This document shows, piece by piece, positions 1-12,072 of a stretch of 64,000 bases of DNA. The DNA is taken from assembly GCA_002633005.1 (NCBI GenBank), contig NMRA01000118.1, positions 28,140 through 92,139 of the forward strand. Reading direction: 5' to 3'. The translations under genes were made by a program, and so were the position numbers. This DNA comes from Phoronis australis. Taxonomy: Eukaryota; Animalia; Phoronida. Numbering within the stretch: position 1 is the first letter of the stretch; each line of letters starts with the position of its first letter. A model generated the notes under the pieces. That model was given only the letters and a program-made list of their open reading frames with translations, was not told where the DNA came from and searched no databases.

Positions 1-744
1 TATCAGAAAGGGACCTAAATGAAAAGTTATGAAGAAGGGGTGGTTTATAGTAGCTTTAAAGGAGAAGCCCAAGATGAAGGTTTCTTAAAATGCTGTTTAA
101 AATAGAAATCCCTGGTTTTCTTAAAGTCATTTTCAGTGTTAATTATTGATCGTTTCCCCTGTCCTTTATTAAGTATGGATGTAATATTAGTGAGGTGATA
201 GCACAAAATGATTTTGTAACACCTTGTTTCTACTTTCATTTTCGTTGAGCAAACCCTATGGCAGTGTTCAGTAACAAGTCGGTCATTATGTTTGATCAAT
301 GAAAGGGAATGGAGAAACAAGATGTGTGAAGCTCAATCTTGGCATTTATGACACTTCACGGTTATTACATTACATAATTAATTATTGAAGACCTGTGAAA
401 CATCAATCCTGAAATCTGTCTTTATGGTAATGTTGGATTTCCATAAAGCAATCTAAAACATTGGCCATTTCCATTCAGAAGATGTACAGCTTAATACCCA
501 CAGTATACCTTGATCATGGTTATTTTTGTCTCTCCATAAGTAGTTCAATTCTTTTGTCAAATAGAGACAGTGTGCAGCTGATTAATGGTGCTGAGCGACT
601 GACTGATGATTCTATCCCTTGTGATCTGATGTGCCACACACACACATACAGTTATATAATATGTCATAGATAGTATGTGTTTGATAAGTCAACACAACTG
701 TAATGTACTACAAGTCAGGATTGCTACTTTCAATGTGGTTCCCA

Positions 745-1020
745 TCTTTTCACTATTATGCTAAGAACAATTCAAAAGTTTTTCACTGTTATGGGGAGAA
801 CAGTTCACAAGTTTTCGCTATTTTGGACAAAACAGTTCACATCCTTTCACTTTTATGTGCAGAAGAGTTCATATCTGTTCACTTTCTGTGGGCAGAACAG
901 TTCACAATCATGTTTTCACTATTTTGGACTGAACAGTTCATATCTTTTCACTATTAAGTGTTGAACAATTTTCATGTTTTCACTATTGCTAATGATGTTC
1001 AGTTCACATCCTTTCACTGA
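745..1020. repeat. Degenerate ~30-bp minisatellite (acagttcaca..ttttcactatt units) in a PCSK7 intron
   Basis: Repeated 'cagttcaca/tatc..ttttcact' units visible in tandem; boundaries approximate. Confidence 0.75.
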
Positions 1021-1644
1021 AAACATTCCCTTTAAATGAGGTAAGGACAAGTTTGGAGAAATCTTTTTGATTTATCCAATGTCAGCGTTTTTTTATCCAC
1101 ATTCCATCCTCACTAGTGATTTTGGGTCATCAAAGGAGTGACTATTCATTCGGAATGGAGTGAGTGGGATGGCTGTTTCTTATCAAATCATCTCTAAATA
1201 GAAGGTTTGAAAGCATCCAGAATGTACTTTTCAATTTTCTTTTTTGGTCATGAAAACCCGACGAAAATCAAAATCTGTATAGAGAAGTAAAAATTAGACT
1301 ACATGCAGGGTTTTTGAATTTTCAAAATTAGTCATGTAGTATTGGTTTTGTTAACAAAGCCCGTGCCTGGACCTGTACATTAAAGAGTCCTTCCACCATG
1401 GCTTATCAGCTAATTATACATTTATCACTTACTCACAATAGAAGCTGGGCCTGAAAGATTGTGGATAAAACCTCCTGCTGTGATGATAGAATTTGTTTAA
1501 AGGACGTGAATATGGTGAGAGCAATTAGATGAACATTTTGTAAAATAACACCAACAATCTCATTATGGTTTTTACAGACAGTGTACTAGAGTGAATAACA
1601 TCTCAGTTCATTTTATACGTGCACAGCTATGTTGTATATTTCAG

Positions 1645-1739
1645 GTCAACCAGCGGTTTTCAGTTGTGGCCTTTCAGTACAGTGAGGTGTTGGGGAGAAT
1701 CTCCTGTGGGTGTCTACAGGCTGCTGGTCAGGGACAAAG
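1645..1739 (+). CDS. PCSK7: PCSK7-like proprotein convertase, P-domain exon (gene begins upstream of window)
   Basis: tttcag|...|gtgggt; encodes [31 protein letters not shown], matching the PC7 motif [10 protein letters not shown]...Y.L..RD. Confidence 0.9.
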
Positions 1740-2203
1740 GTGGGTTACTGGACCTGGTGGTGGTTTGCTTGCTTGTGTGTTTGTGTGTGCGTGTGCGTGC
1801 GTGTGTGTCTATAGGCTGATGGTCAGGACCTGGGGGTGTATGACTGGTTTGTTTGTCTTTGCATGTTTGCATGTGTCTATATAATAAGGATCTGTGACAA
1901 AGTGGGGTCACTGGACCTGGCGGAGTATCAGTTTCCACACAAAAAGTTCCCATTTGGTTTCAACTTCAGACAACAGCGGTTATTATGTTTCTAAATTGAC
2001 TTGTGTGTGTGCATGTGTGCGTGCGTGTGTGCGTGTTTGTAAATTGATGACAATTTTGAATCATTGTACACTGAGACTTATTTTTGTGTAATGATAATCA
2101 AAGTTATGTTATGTTCAAAAGTTGAGGTTTTCTATTAGTTGATGATGTCTAGCATCACCATTGTTATGTAACAAGATTGTAATCACCTGAAGCTCCCTTG
2201 CAG

Positions 2204-2294
2204 ATCTTTCATCTTCCAGAGGAGTATTCATTAGTTGGCAGTTGACATTGTACGGGTCGTCTATGACAACAGAGGATGTTAAGCAGAGACTGAG
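2204..2294 (+). CDS. PCSK7: PCSK7-like exon, end of P domain
   Basis: ttgcag|...|gtaggc; in phase with previous exon; DLSSSRGVFISWQLTLYGSSMTTEDVKQRL contains the convertase WQLTLYGS motif. Confidence 0.9.
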
Positions 2295-2840
2295 GTAGGC
2301 AGGAGTGTCTTAACTGAAAACTCAAAAACCCACATTTAAAGGCATGTTTGACCACGCATTGATAAACCCACATTTAAAGGCATATTTGACTAGACATTCT
2401 CTATTGCTTGGTATGCCATGATATGAACTTTCCTATTGCTTCTGCCTCAAACATTCCCAGTTGTGTGGTACGTGGGAGCATCAACGTTTTTCTACTTTGT
2501 ATGATTTGTCTCCATATCAACACTCTCTGTAACTGTATAGTTTAACCTAACTTTCTCAATGTGGCTGGTACAGCGGCAGTTTTCATAAAGGTTTATTAGT
2601 CCTTCTGGTCTAAAGTAGGTAAAGTTTCAAGTCAAAAACTGCTATTTGCCTGGTGTCTTCCTGAGATTCACCATTACATGAAATTAGATGAAGTCAAGTG
2701 AATTTTCCCAAGTTCATCAACGTTTTTGGAAACTACTGTATACCATAACAACATTTCTCATTTTTATGTTATATGCCATAAACATCAACGTTCTTGTTTT
2801 GTCTACTCTGGTCTGTTGTAGTATGGCGTTATACTTTCAG

Positions 2841-2961
2841 GACTGTCCATGAGTCCTACAGTGGTGTGTATCTCAATGATAGTTACTCTCCACCCTGTCC
2901 CAGGGTCTCATTCAAACAACAGGCATCCACCGGCTGGGTCACAGGAAAAAGGCTGCTCAAG
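2841..2961 (+). CDS. PCSK7: PCSK7-like exon, luminal stalk
   Basis: tttcag|...|gtaggc; RTVHESYSGVYLNDSYSPPCP...LLK resembles recalled human PC7 ESAMSGKYLHDDFALPCP...TLK. Confidence 0.85.
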
Positions 2962-3100
2962 GTAGGCAAGGTTGATATAAAATAACACATTCATAGAGAA
3001 AGTAAAAAGAATAACGTTATTGTGTTATTGTTTTGCCGTATACCAGTCATCATGGGATGGGCACCATTTGACATGTTTTACTTACTTTATAAGTTCTTTA

Positions 3101-3918
3101 GGGCTGTTCCAGCAAAATCTGTATGGGAGGGGGGGAAGGCACTTTTATTTCTTACCCACCGCCCATATTTTTCATTTATTTCTCCAACCCATGACCCATA
3201 ATTTTTTAATTATTTTTAATGGGTTAAAATATAAAATCCAACACTTGCAAACAAATTGCCTCCAGGAGGACCTGTTAAGAACTTAGATGATTGACAGACA
3301 AGAACTAGTTGTCTTGTCCAATATTGTCAAAAACTAAAGTAGGCAGTGAGCAATACTTTTGGCAGCCACCAGGTGTCTCTGTTCACCATGTGTCTATAAT
3401 TTCAATGAACATTTTTTCATTTATAAGGATCTATGAACTGTCTCCACGAACTCTTTTATACTTCTATGTCAAGTGAATATTGGAACTTGTTTATTTTTTT
3501 CATCTTACTCCTCATACTTTTTATTCAAAAATCATCAATTTTCTTATATGTGTTAACACCAGTTTAGTGTTGCATAACTTTTCAATTAAATAGGACTGCA
3601 GACAAACAGTTGGCTCAAATCAAGTTGCCCATGACTTGATTAATGGCTTAGTGAACATATTGCACTCTGTTCACTGGCAATATGGGCTTTTTTGTATTGG
3701 GTTAAGTTAGGATATATGCATTTCGTTTTGACTTTTGAGGGCTGAAGTAACCAACCTGTCAACATTAACAGGTCAAAAAATACCACCCATTTTTAATGGA
3801 TCACTTCTTACAGGAACGACCACCTATAATTTGTGTTTTTTTCTGAAGACAACCACCCATGAATTTTTATTTCTACTGCCGTCCCCCCCCTCCCACACGG
3901 ATTTTACTGGAACAGCCC
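3101..3918. mobile_element. PIF/Harbinger (Tourist-like) MITE
   Basis: ~40-bp TIRs gggctgttccagcaaaatc.../...gattttactggaacagccc, flanked by TTA on both sides (3098-3100, 3919-3921). Confidence 0.8.
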
Positions 3919-4641
3919 TTATATATTTGTTGAAAACTTTGGCCTGATTATTATTCATGTCGAAGTAGGTTTGCTTAATTTTGAATTTTCTTTTTCTGTT
4001 TAGCTCTTCTTGAATTCTCTGAAGAAAATTTGTTACTATGCAGCAGTTTCAAATAATGTGCCAAACATATGCTGATTCAGATTACTGCCTTTTAGACCTG
4101 CTGAAGGGTATCAATGTTATTTTGTTATTGTTTTTACCGTGTACCCACCAACTACTGTGTAACGTGGTCACTTATTCATCAAACTTTTGTATATCTTGGA
4201 AGTTCATTTGGAAGTGTGTTTTCTGTCGAGTTCTTGGCTTCATTCAGTTCATAAAATCAATGTTATGACAATATCTTTGTGTTTTGAGCTAAAAGTTGAA
4301 ATAATGTGCTGAATGCAACAATATCACTCTGTGTGTGGTCTTATTATTTTAATGATTCCGATCATTCGCATTATTTGTTTAGTTACATGATCACAAAATA
4401 GGAAAATAGTGTGAGGTTGATGCCCTGTGCCGCGGCGCCATCTTTGATAACTATTGTTTGGGTTAATATTTTCATGTTTGGGTGGAACCATTTGCTTTCA
4501 AGAGTTTTTTTAATGTGGGTGAATTAGTGTTCCAAATTACATTTGATAAAATGAAATTTTGTTCATTGATTGGTTCAGCGGCTGGGACCTTTAAGAACTA
4601 ATGTTGAATTGTAAATGACTGTTATGTGATGTTATTTCTAG

Positions 4642-5073
4642 TTCCTCACTCTGACCGGTGTCTTTCTTCTGGTTATGGCTTTGTACCAAACATTTGAGTA
4701 TATGTGGTGTGATAAAGATGCGAAAGAAGAAGAGAGACATTCTGGGCTTGCCAGGCAGGCTGAGTACCTATCACTAGCCACAGGTGGCACTGATGCCAGC
4801 ACAGAAGGTGCCAGTGACAGAACACACTTACTAGCTGACACAGACGACATTCCGTTACAGACATTTCAGTCTTGTCAATCAATTACAACTGGTGAGAATG
4901 ACTGTCCTAATGAATCATCTCATTGTTCTCAGTCTTGTCATGATGATTGTAGTGGTTCCTCTGGATCTGATCAGGGTTTGAGTGAAACTGATCAGATGGC
5001 GCTAGTAGTCGACATGCTAGACCAGGAAGATGTAAATGACAATAGACAGCTAGTGGTTGACTTACCACCATAG
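4642..5073 (+). CDS. PCSK7: PCSK7-like last exon: transmembrane helix and acidic cytoplasmic tail
   Basis: ttctag| phase 0; FLTLTGVFLLVMALYQTFEYMW (hydrophobic, matches the PC7 TM pattern), then an acidic/Cys tail to TAG at 5071-5073. Confidence 0.85.
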   Translation, partial: FLTLTGVFLLVMALYQTFEYMWCDKDAKEEERHSGLARQAEYLSLATGGTDASTEGASDRTHLLADTDDIPLQTFQSCQSITTGENDCPNESSHCSQSCHDDCSGSSGSDQGLSETDQMALVVDMLDQEDVNDNRQLVVDLPP

Positions 5074-6866
5074 CTGGTGTGCATGTCAAACATTATTTAA
5101 GTCTGGGTGTATTCTAGCTGTAGGTCTTACTAAGCAGGAAGTCGATAAGTTGGCCCATGTACTAAGTTTTAGCAACAGGTACAACTAGACCACTTTTAGT
5201 GCTTCGGCCAAAACAGGGTTTAGTGTAATTGTTTTGCCGTAAGTACTGCTAGACCACTTGTAGTAAACTCTTTTCTCCATAGATTCTATTATGCAGGTCA
5301 CATGCATGAGTGCCACCTGTTGTGTAAAAAGGACAACTTGTCTCAAACTGAACTCTTACATTCCAAGTTGTTTAGGAAGAGAGACTATTAGTACTTCTAT
5401 ATTTTGACGCCATTTTATTCCGGATAGATAACCAAATTTTGTTATCTTTTTCTAATTGCGCTAACATGTAGTTAAACTTTTTCTAACTCTGGCAATCTGA
5501 TAGATGAGGTTTCTGATTTTTATTGTTTAGTAACAAGCTTGCAGGCTTTGTAACCATTGGTAAAATAATTTGGCTGAGTAATATTTAACATACTCTTTCC
5601 TAAGTTTTCAACAGCATAGAATATAGAGTTAGTACCAGTAATCAAAAACACCGATAAATATATCGGTCTCTGCATGTGATTACACTTTACTGTCAGTTTT
5701 TGTGCCTTCGTATCATTCAGTTGTTCTGGCCATTTCCTTGGTCCACCACCAGAATTTGATGATTTAAGGTCAAAAGCTAATTGTTTGTATTTCGAAAAAA
5801 TGGTTGCGTCTTGACAGAAGATCATTTGAGAAAAAATTTGACTGGAAAATTGACTGTGAACGTGAAAATTTAAAACTTATTCTCAAAGCGAATATAAAAA
5901 CTCTTTATTGTTAAAATTGTACACTTTTATTTGTGATTGCTGGCTTATACAAGCTTTGCTGTGAAGTGAAGTGTTGGCAAATTCAACATTGTTAATTAGT
6001 TGAGCAATTCTTATATATTAGTGTCTAGTGTTGGTGCTTTACTTACTGTAGACAGGATGAAGAACTGCTTAATATGATAGAATTATTACCAATCAACACA
6101 AATATATGGATTTTTAATTTTTATTATGCAATCGGTGTGTTAAAATTTATTTTGATGTTAACTGTTATGCAATGAAAATGTTAATTTTAATTAGAGCATA
6201 CTTTGTTATTTATAATGACGTTGATCAACTTTCCTGGACAGATGTTGATGTCCCTACTTAAGAAAACGTAGTTAATAAGATTTTTTTAGTTAGTTGCAGA
6301 GAGGTGGGAATGCTTTTCTGGTGAATTCCAATGTTTTTGTAAGGTTTGAACCCAGCTCATTGCGTGTTAGACTACCATCGTTTTAGTAACATAGTTATTG
6401 TTTTACAGTTTTACATGTAGTACTTTGATAGTGATATTTTTGTTTAGTAGGTGAGGGTCATAATATCAATCTAATGCAAAGAAATGTCTTCCACAATGTT
6501 TTAAGAATTCCATTTGAACAATGGGACTTGTTATAGATTTTAGAATGTATATCATGTAATTCAGGAATTGCTTTTAATTTCAATTTTAATTGTGATTTAG
6601 AGACTAAGAATTTTGTTTATTGTATGGAGTCTTATGTGGTTAATTTAAAAGAAACCTGTGGTTTGTTATGGAGAATTACATAGTCTCAGCTCTTGCGAGC
6701 AGTTATTTACACAAAGTAATGTTTTTCTATCATGGTTTATGAATAATTTCATTTCTCATGTAGAAATTAATATTTTTTATGTGGACTTGCATTGGTTTGC
6801 AGGGATTACAGAAACAGTTTTATTGGGTGGTGATCTTTGTTTATAAATGGCTTTTTGGCACATGGC

Positions 6867-6872
6867 AATAAA
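6867..6872 (+). terminator. Probable polyadenylation signal of the PCSK7-like gene
   Basis: AATAAA at the end of a long AT-rich UTR-like tract, followed by T/GT-rich sequence (tttgttttttttac). Confidence 0.5.
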
Positions 6873-6914
6873 GAGGCATTAGCTTTTCAATTTGTTTTTT
6901 TTACTGAACACTGG

Positions 6915-7102
6915 TCACGAAATAAGTCCGCCCACGGAACTGACTCCAGGTCGAAAGCAGAAACGAGATATCGACTGCGTGACTGCGGGGATTATCGGGA
7001 AGACAACATGGCATCTGCTCTGTTGGACGTCATGCCACAGCTCACTGAAGCTTCTTTTGCATCCACCAGCAAAAGTCGATGGATAGGAGTACCCCTGGCC
7101 GG
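6915..7102 (+). promoter_or_regulatory. CpG-rich promoter-like segment and candidate first exon (ATG 7008, donor GG|gtaatg at 7103)
   Basis: GC box ccgccc, cggaa ETS-like core, aacATGGc YY1/Kozak-like motif and an abrupt rise in CpG. Confidence 0.4.
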
Positions 7103-7399
7103 GTAATGTTTCTCTGCAGTAGTTGGTAGTATTCATCGGGAGACAAGCGAGATACTGCCGTGATACCGATATCCCCTAAGTTTGTCTTGGACTGCTTATA
7201 AGGTCATAGCCTTATATTCGATGTCTTTAATTGCATTTTATGTTCCATGAAAACGCGTGCTTTTACCTCTAAGGTTTTTAAGGTAAATTTGATATATCCT
7301 CGAGCCTGCTTGCAATCGCTAAAAGCATGACAAATACGGCAGTAGATGGCGTCTATGTAGCGAATTCAGGTTACCCGCACTTCAAATAACCCATGGTAA

Positions 7400-7682
7400 G
7401 TGATAATGTGACTCGACTTAAAATTAACCCTCGGTTATTTAAATTCGATTTCAAATTACCGAGCATTAATCTGAAAGTTTATTTCATATTCCCTCTATAT
7501 TTAGATTACCCCCATGTTGAATTTTAAATGCGATACTAATTAAAAACCCGAAAATATTTTATTCATCAAGTCAAATGGGAGAGGGGTAATCTAGCCATAG
7601 GGGAGGAAATCTGAACTTGATTTCAAATTACCGGGGGGGGGGGGGTAATCTGAAGAGGGGAAATTCGAAATCGTTACACCGG
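7400..7682. repeat. DNA-transposon remnant with subterminal aaattacc/ggtaat repeats
   Basis: Several aaattacc, agattacc and ggtaatct motifs ending in cgttacaccgg; only one end recognisable. Confidence 0.4.
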
Positions 7683-10149
7683 AGAGGCATGAAATTCGAG
7701 TAAAAGAAAAAATCAACAGAAACGAAGCCTACCCCAGAAATGCACGACCGTGATTTAGATTCAAAATCCACAAATTGCAACCTTGAGAGAACATACCTGT
7801 GTTCTCGACTTACTCAACTCCTGGGAGCACGTAATGCCCCATATTAAAGCCACTTGATATAAATGTCAAAGTATTCTGTTTGGAGGTGGGGGGAGGGGGG
7901 GTGGGTACACGTACAACTTATGACAAAGGTGCGAAACTTACTGAAGCTTGCCATGTTCCGAATAAAGAGCAAAGTTTGACTGATTTGTCATCAATTCCTG
8001 CATGATCCAAACCGCTGTGAATCGCTGTGAACGTTTTAAATCTATTGGTAGACCCACACAAAAGTTTCAACCTCTACTCATTTTGAAATAAAGCGGAAAC
8101 TACATAAGGATAGGCCTTTCTCAACTTTTCGATTACTCTTTTTTATTTTCATATTTGAACCAACAAAGCCCAAAAATCTCAAGTGGTGAGGTGTCGCCCA
8201 AAGCCCCTAAACCCCCTATCTACCGGCCTGTTATTAGTTACTTCGCTTCATGCACCGTTCTTCAAACGCTATTAGGAACCATTGTTCTTGGAATGTTCCA
8301 CTTTTGTATAAAGGACTATCAAAAATTGGACTTACTTCGATTTTTATGAAAAAAATGTGAACACTTTCGTGGCTGAGCTAAACGTCACTTGCAAAATGCC
8401 ACAGTATTTCAAGCGTCACTGGTGTTGAATGTGTAGCGGACACCTTGAGAAAAATTGGCAATTTGTTATCGAAAACTGCAAAACGACGAATTTTGCTCCA
8501 TAGCTGCATTGGCGAAACGAAGCTGTTAACTCCTAGAAGTCAATCACATCCAACAATTATCCTTAAAACCGAGCATATCAAACTTCTGCGTATTCTAATA
8601 ATTTACCAGTTGGGTATTGACTTTTCATTTGCTCCTATTAAAATGAATTAATTTGAGAAAACACTTCAATATCGTTTTTTCTCTGACGTTTCGCTCTACC
8701 AACCAAGCATGCATAATTCTTGCGGAGTTAGCATAAGCTAAATATAGGGCAACTAAGCATACGTGAAATTCGTGAGTTTAAAAAATGACTAGGTTGCTAA
8801 ACACGATCTCGCTAAGAGCACGACCGAGTTATCATGTTGTGTGATAAGAGGCTATTATTATAAGAGTGCCGGGGTAACGTTGTCATTCGCTCAGTGTGTT
8901 TTAGGTAGTACATGGGTAAGGCGGCGGCTGGACGGCCGATAAGATATCTTCGTGAACCTTATAGAGAACCAAAGGTTTTTGAAGTGGTATAGTCGACAGC
9001 ATGGTAAATATAGCATAAATTCATGTTTGCGTAACTTTCAAACGTATTACTGAATTGATGACGCGTACATAAAGCTATAGAACGTCTTAAAGGTAGTTAT
9101 AGTTTCGTTGTTATTTAAAAATACTCAAAATTTTGAAAAACACCCTCTCGCCGGGCGTAGCCCGCTTCGTTCGTCGATTTTGTTTCTACAGTATTCTGTC
9201 GGATTCAATGACTGTAAATCAGTTTTGCAGCCAAATGTATTGCAAGAATATCCGAGTCAAACACTCAGACGATAGAAGCATAGACATACATATCAGATAT
9301 TGCTTTTGTATCTACATGTACATGTATGCCTAGAAGTCCATGCTGGTACTTATGATCTTAGTTACAAAACTAACTGTTAACCCGACCTGACGCAATAACG
9401 TTCATATTCATATCTATAATACCCTCAAGGTGACCGAAAGTGCGTGTGTATAAACCAGCTGCTGCAAACGCACGAAGTTCACCGAAGAGTGAAAAACCTG
9501 ATGTATGATAATAAGTAGTAGGAGGTGAAGGGCTTATGGAAAACACACCTTATTAAAACGGGTGTTTGCATGCTAAGATTAATTGCAAAACAGACGCGCT
9601 TATAAATTGATAATAATTCTTTTGCTTATAAATCTTTCAGTTGAGAAATGATAACCTTATCTATAACAACCTGCGAGTCAACGTTAGTTTAAAACTCTGT
9701 GTTTTTGAACAAATACACTTATCAGTTTTGCCTCTCGGAATGAAGTCACTCGACAACAGGCCGAGGGGGATTTTGCTCTGGCCAGTATTGGGCCAGTGTG
9801 AATTTACTCGCAGAAGCAACTAGTTACTCGTGAATACTGCTATTTTAAATATAAAAACCGCTCCAAAATTTCAATCAAACCACTTCCCTTAACGAAAGTA
9901 AATTCGTGAATATTCTCTGATTTCTTTTCACAAATGTTGAACATTTCACTGAGATACTGGTGACGAATCACGTGTCAGGGTGTGCATATATTACATCTGA
10001 TTGATGACTTCCAGTTTGCTTCATTAGAGGTCATTTGCCTCAGGTCACAATAACAAGTGGTTATGTAGGATCTTGTTGACAATACTGCGACTATAGCCAA
10101 CGGCCAAACCCCTACCAAACGATAGATTTCAACTTCGTAAGAGAATATT

Positions 10150-10540
10150 TTCCGGAAGTAGAAAGCCTGTAGAATTTGACTGTTGACTTTTTACAAATCT
10201 TCCATTAACTGGGTCACGTAGTCATGGCTTTTTGGTAATTTTTAAACAAAAAGAAAGGTGCATTGATAGCAAAACAACAATATGAATAACAAGAAAAATG
10301 TTATTTTATATACATGTTCAAGATGAGATCTCAAAACGCTATTGCAGCTTTCTAACATACGTTTTTGTTTCATGCAACTGAAGATTTTTCTCCATAAAAA
10401 TCATGAAGGTCTCATTTTTGATAGCCCTCATACAGAAGTGGAATGTTTTAAAACAATTAATAACAACGACTTTGAGAACAGTACATGAAACAGTCACTGT
10501 GTCTGAAAAAGAAATCCGACCATCAATTTCTCAAACTTTA
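10150..10540 (+). repeat. Dispersed repeat, copy 1 (copy 2 at ~13600-14025)
   Basis: Shared blocks gggtcacgt..catg, aaaaagaaagg, aagatga.atctcaaaa and ga.agccct. Confidence 0.65.
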
Positions 10541-11045
10541 TGTTCTGAAGAATGTTGAATTTTGGCATTTTAAGGTCCTAAATAACTTTAATCGTTTAAT
10601 GAGAATTTCCATGGTGATCACACTAAAATTAATGAGCCTACATTACATGAATGTCACCCATTCTTCATTGATGTTCTGATGGCAACTATATTTGCCATAA
10701 GTTTAGCATTCATTATTCATTTAAACATTCTACCAGAAGTAATGTGTTTTTGATTTCAATCAACATTCACCATCAAAACGACGAAAAAGAAGTCGTACAC
10801 TTTCACACACTCTTCGAAAAACAATTACTTGCTATAATTAGTTTTTCAGTGTCTCCGGGGTTGATTCGACTTGTTCCAATTTTTTAAACGAAAGAAGGTG
10901 AAAGAATGGGACAAATTTTGAATTTTTATTTCGCTACCAGTTACCTGGCAGTCAGGTCTGTGTATACCTGTTGCACAGGCCTTTTTACATTGTTTCACTT
11001 GTACTGTGCTGAACTCTGAGCGCGTTTATTAAACAGGAGCCCTGC

Positions 11046-11075
11046 CTATATTTTATGACGTCACGAGTTGAGTCA
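11046..11075 (+). promoter_or_regulatory. Candidate promoter of RASEF exon 1A: TATA-like site, CRE (TGACGTCA 11056-11063) and AP-1 (TGAGTCA 11069-11075)
   Basis: Perfect consensus motifs adjacent; splice donors follow at 11132 (gtaaga) and 11164 (gtgaga), and a strong acceptor at 11636 precedes the ATG. Confidence 0.45.
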
Positions 11076-11725
11076 TGTGGGCTTGAGACCAACTGTTGCT
11101 TGCGCTCGTGGAAAGAAATCGATGAGGTTTGGTAAGAGCTCAGATTGTAAAGTCCTAATTAAGGTGAGATGACACGGAGCTTAAACAGGATTATTCACTT
11201 TTATCTCGTGAAAATTATGTTTTAGCAACGTTGACTACATTGGTTGATGACAGAGAGCCACAGGCGTAGCAAGGCACTCCGCGTTTAAACACCGTGTCAG
11301 TAAACATCAGATCAGGTAAAATGAACGAAAGCACGTATATGGCCTACAACTATACGTATTACGGTGTATATCACATGACAAAGTCAAGTCTGTGTTGTTC
11401 ATACCAATATTTCCAATATCGGCATACAACGGACAGATATTGGTGGATATGAAGTGCGTTGGTTTTCGTGCCCTCCGAAATCCGTCCACGGACACCTAAG
11501 CAAGTGTTTTATTTTAATGCCGCTTCATTGCACTTCCCATCAAGGCTTATTAAAATGTATTATACAAGTGTACGTCACTGGGTTTTGATAATGAGTGGTC
11601 ATTGTTTTAACAGTTTGTCTCTGGTTTTCGTTTCAGGTAGTGGAAGCTGGTGACAGCGACCAAGTACGATGACGTGTGCGGTTACTGGGCCCCAGTATTC
11701 AAAATAATGATCCTAGTTGAACCTT

Positions 11726-12072
11726 ATGGAAAACAACACAAATTTAAAGGCTTTATTCACTGCCTGTGACCTCGACGGGTCTGGGTATTTGGATCAGAGT
11801 GAGCTATCCATTGTGTGCAAAGAGTTGTCTCGAGAGGATTTAGACGTGATCTTCGAAGAACTAGATCGAGATGGAGACGGAAAAATTAGCGTCGAGGAGT
11901 TCCAGTATGGATTCTCGGCAATGACCACTGAGGGCGGATCCAAGGCACGAAAGAGTGCTGAGGAGATGCGTGGCAGCTTCTCAAAGAATCGCAGAAAATT
12001 GGACTCAATTGACTGTGAACCTGGAACTGAGTTTGTTGCTAAGCTTGACGAAGGATTTACGGCGCTATCATG
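11726..12072 (+). CDS. RASEF: RASEF/Rab45 alternative first coding exon 1A (two canonical EF-hands)
   Basis: MENNTNLKALFTACDLDGSGYLDQSE...ELDRDGDGKISVEEF; donor TG|gtgagt in phase 2 matches the acceptor at 26507. Confidence 0.9.
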
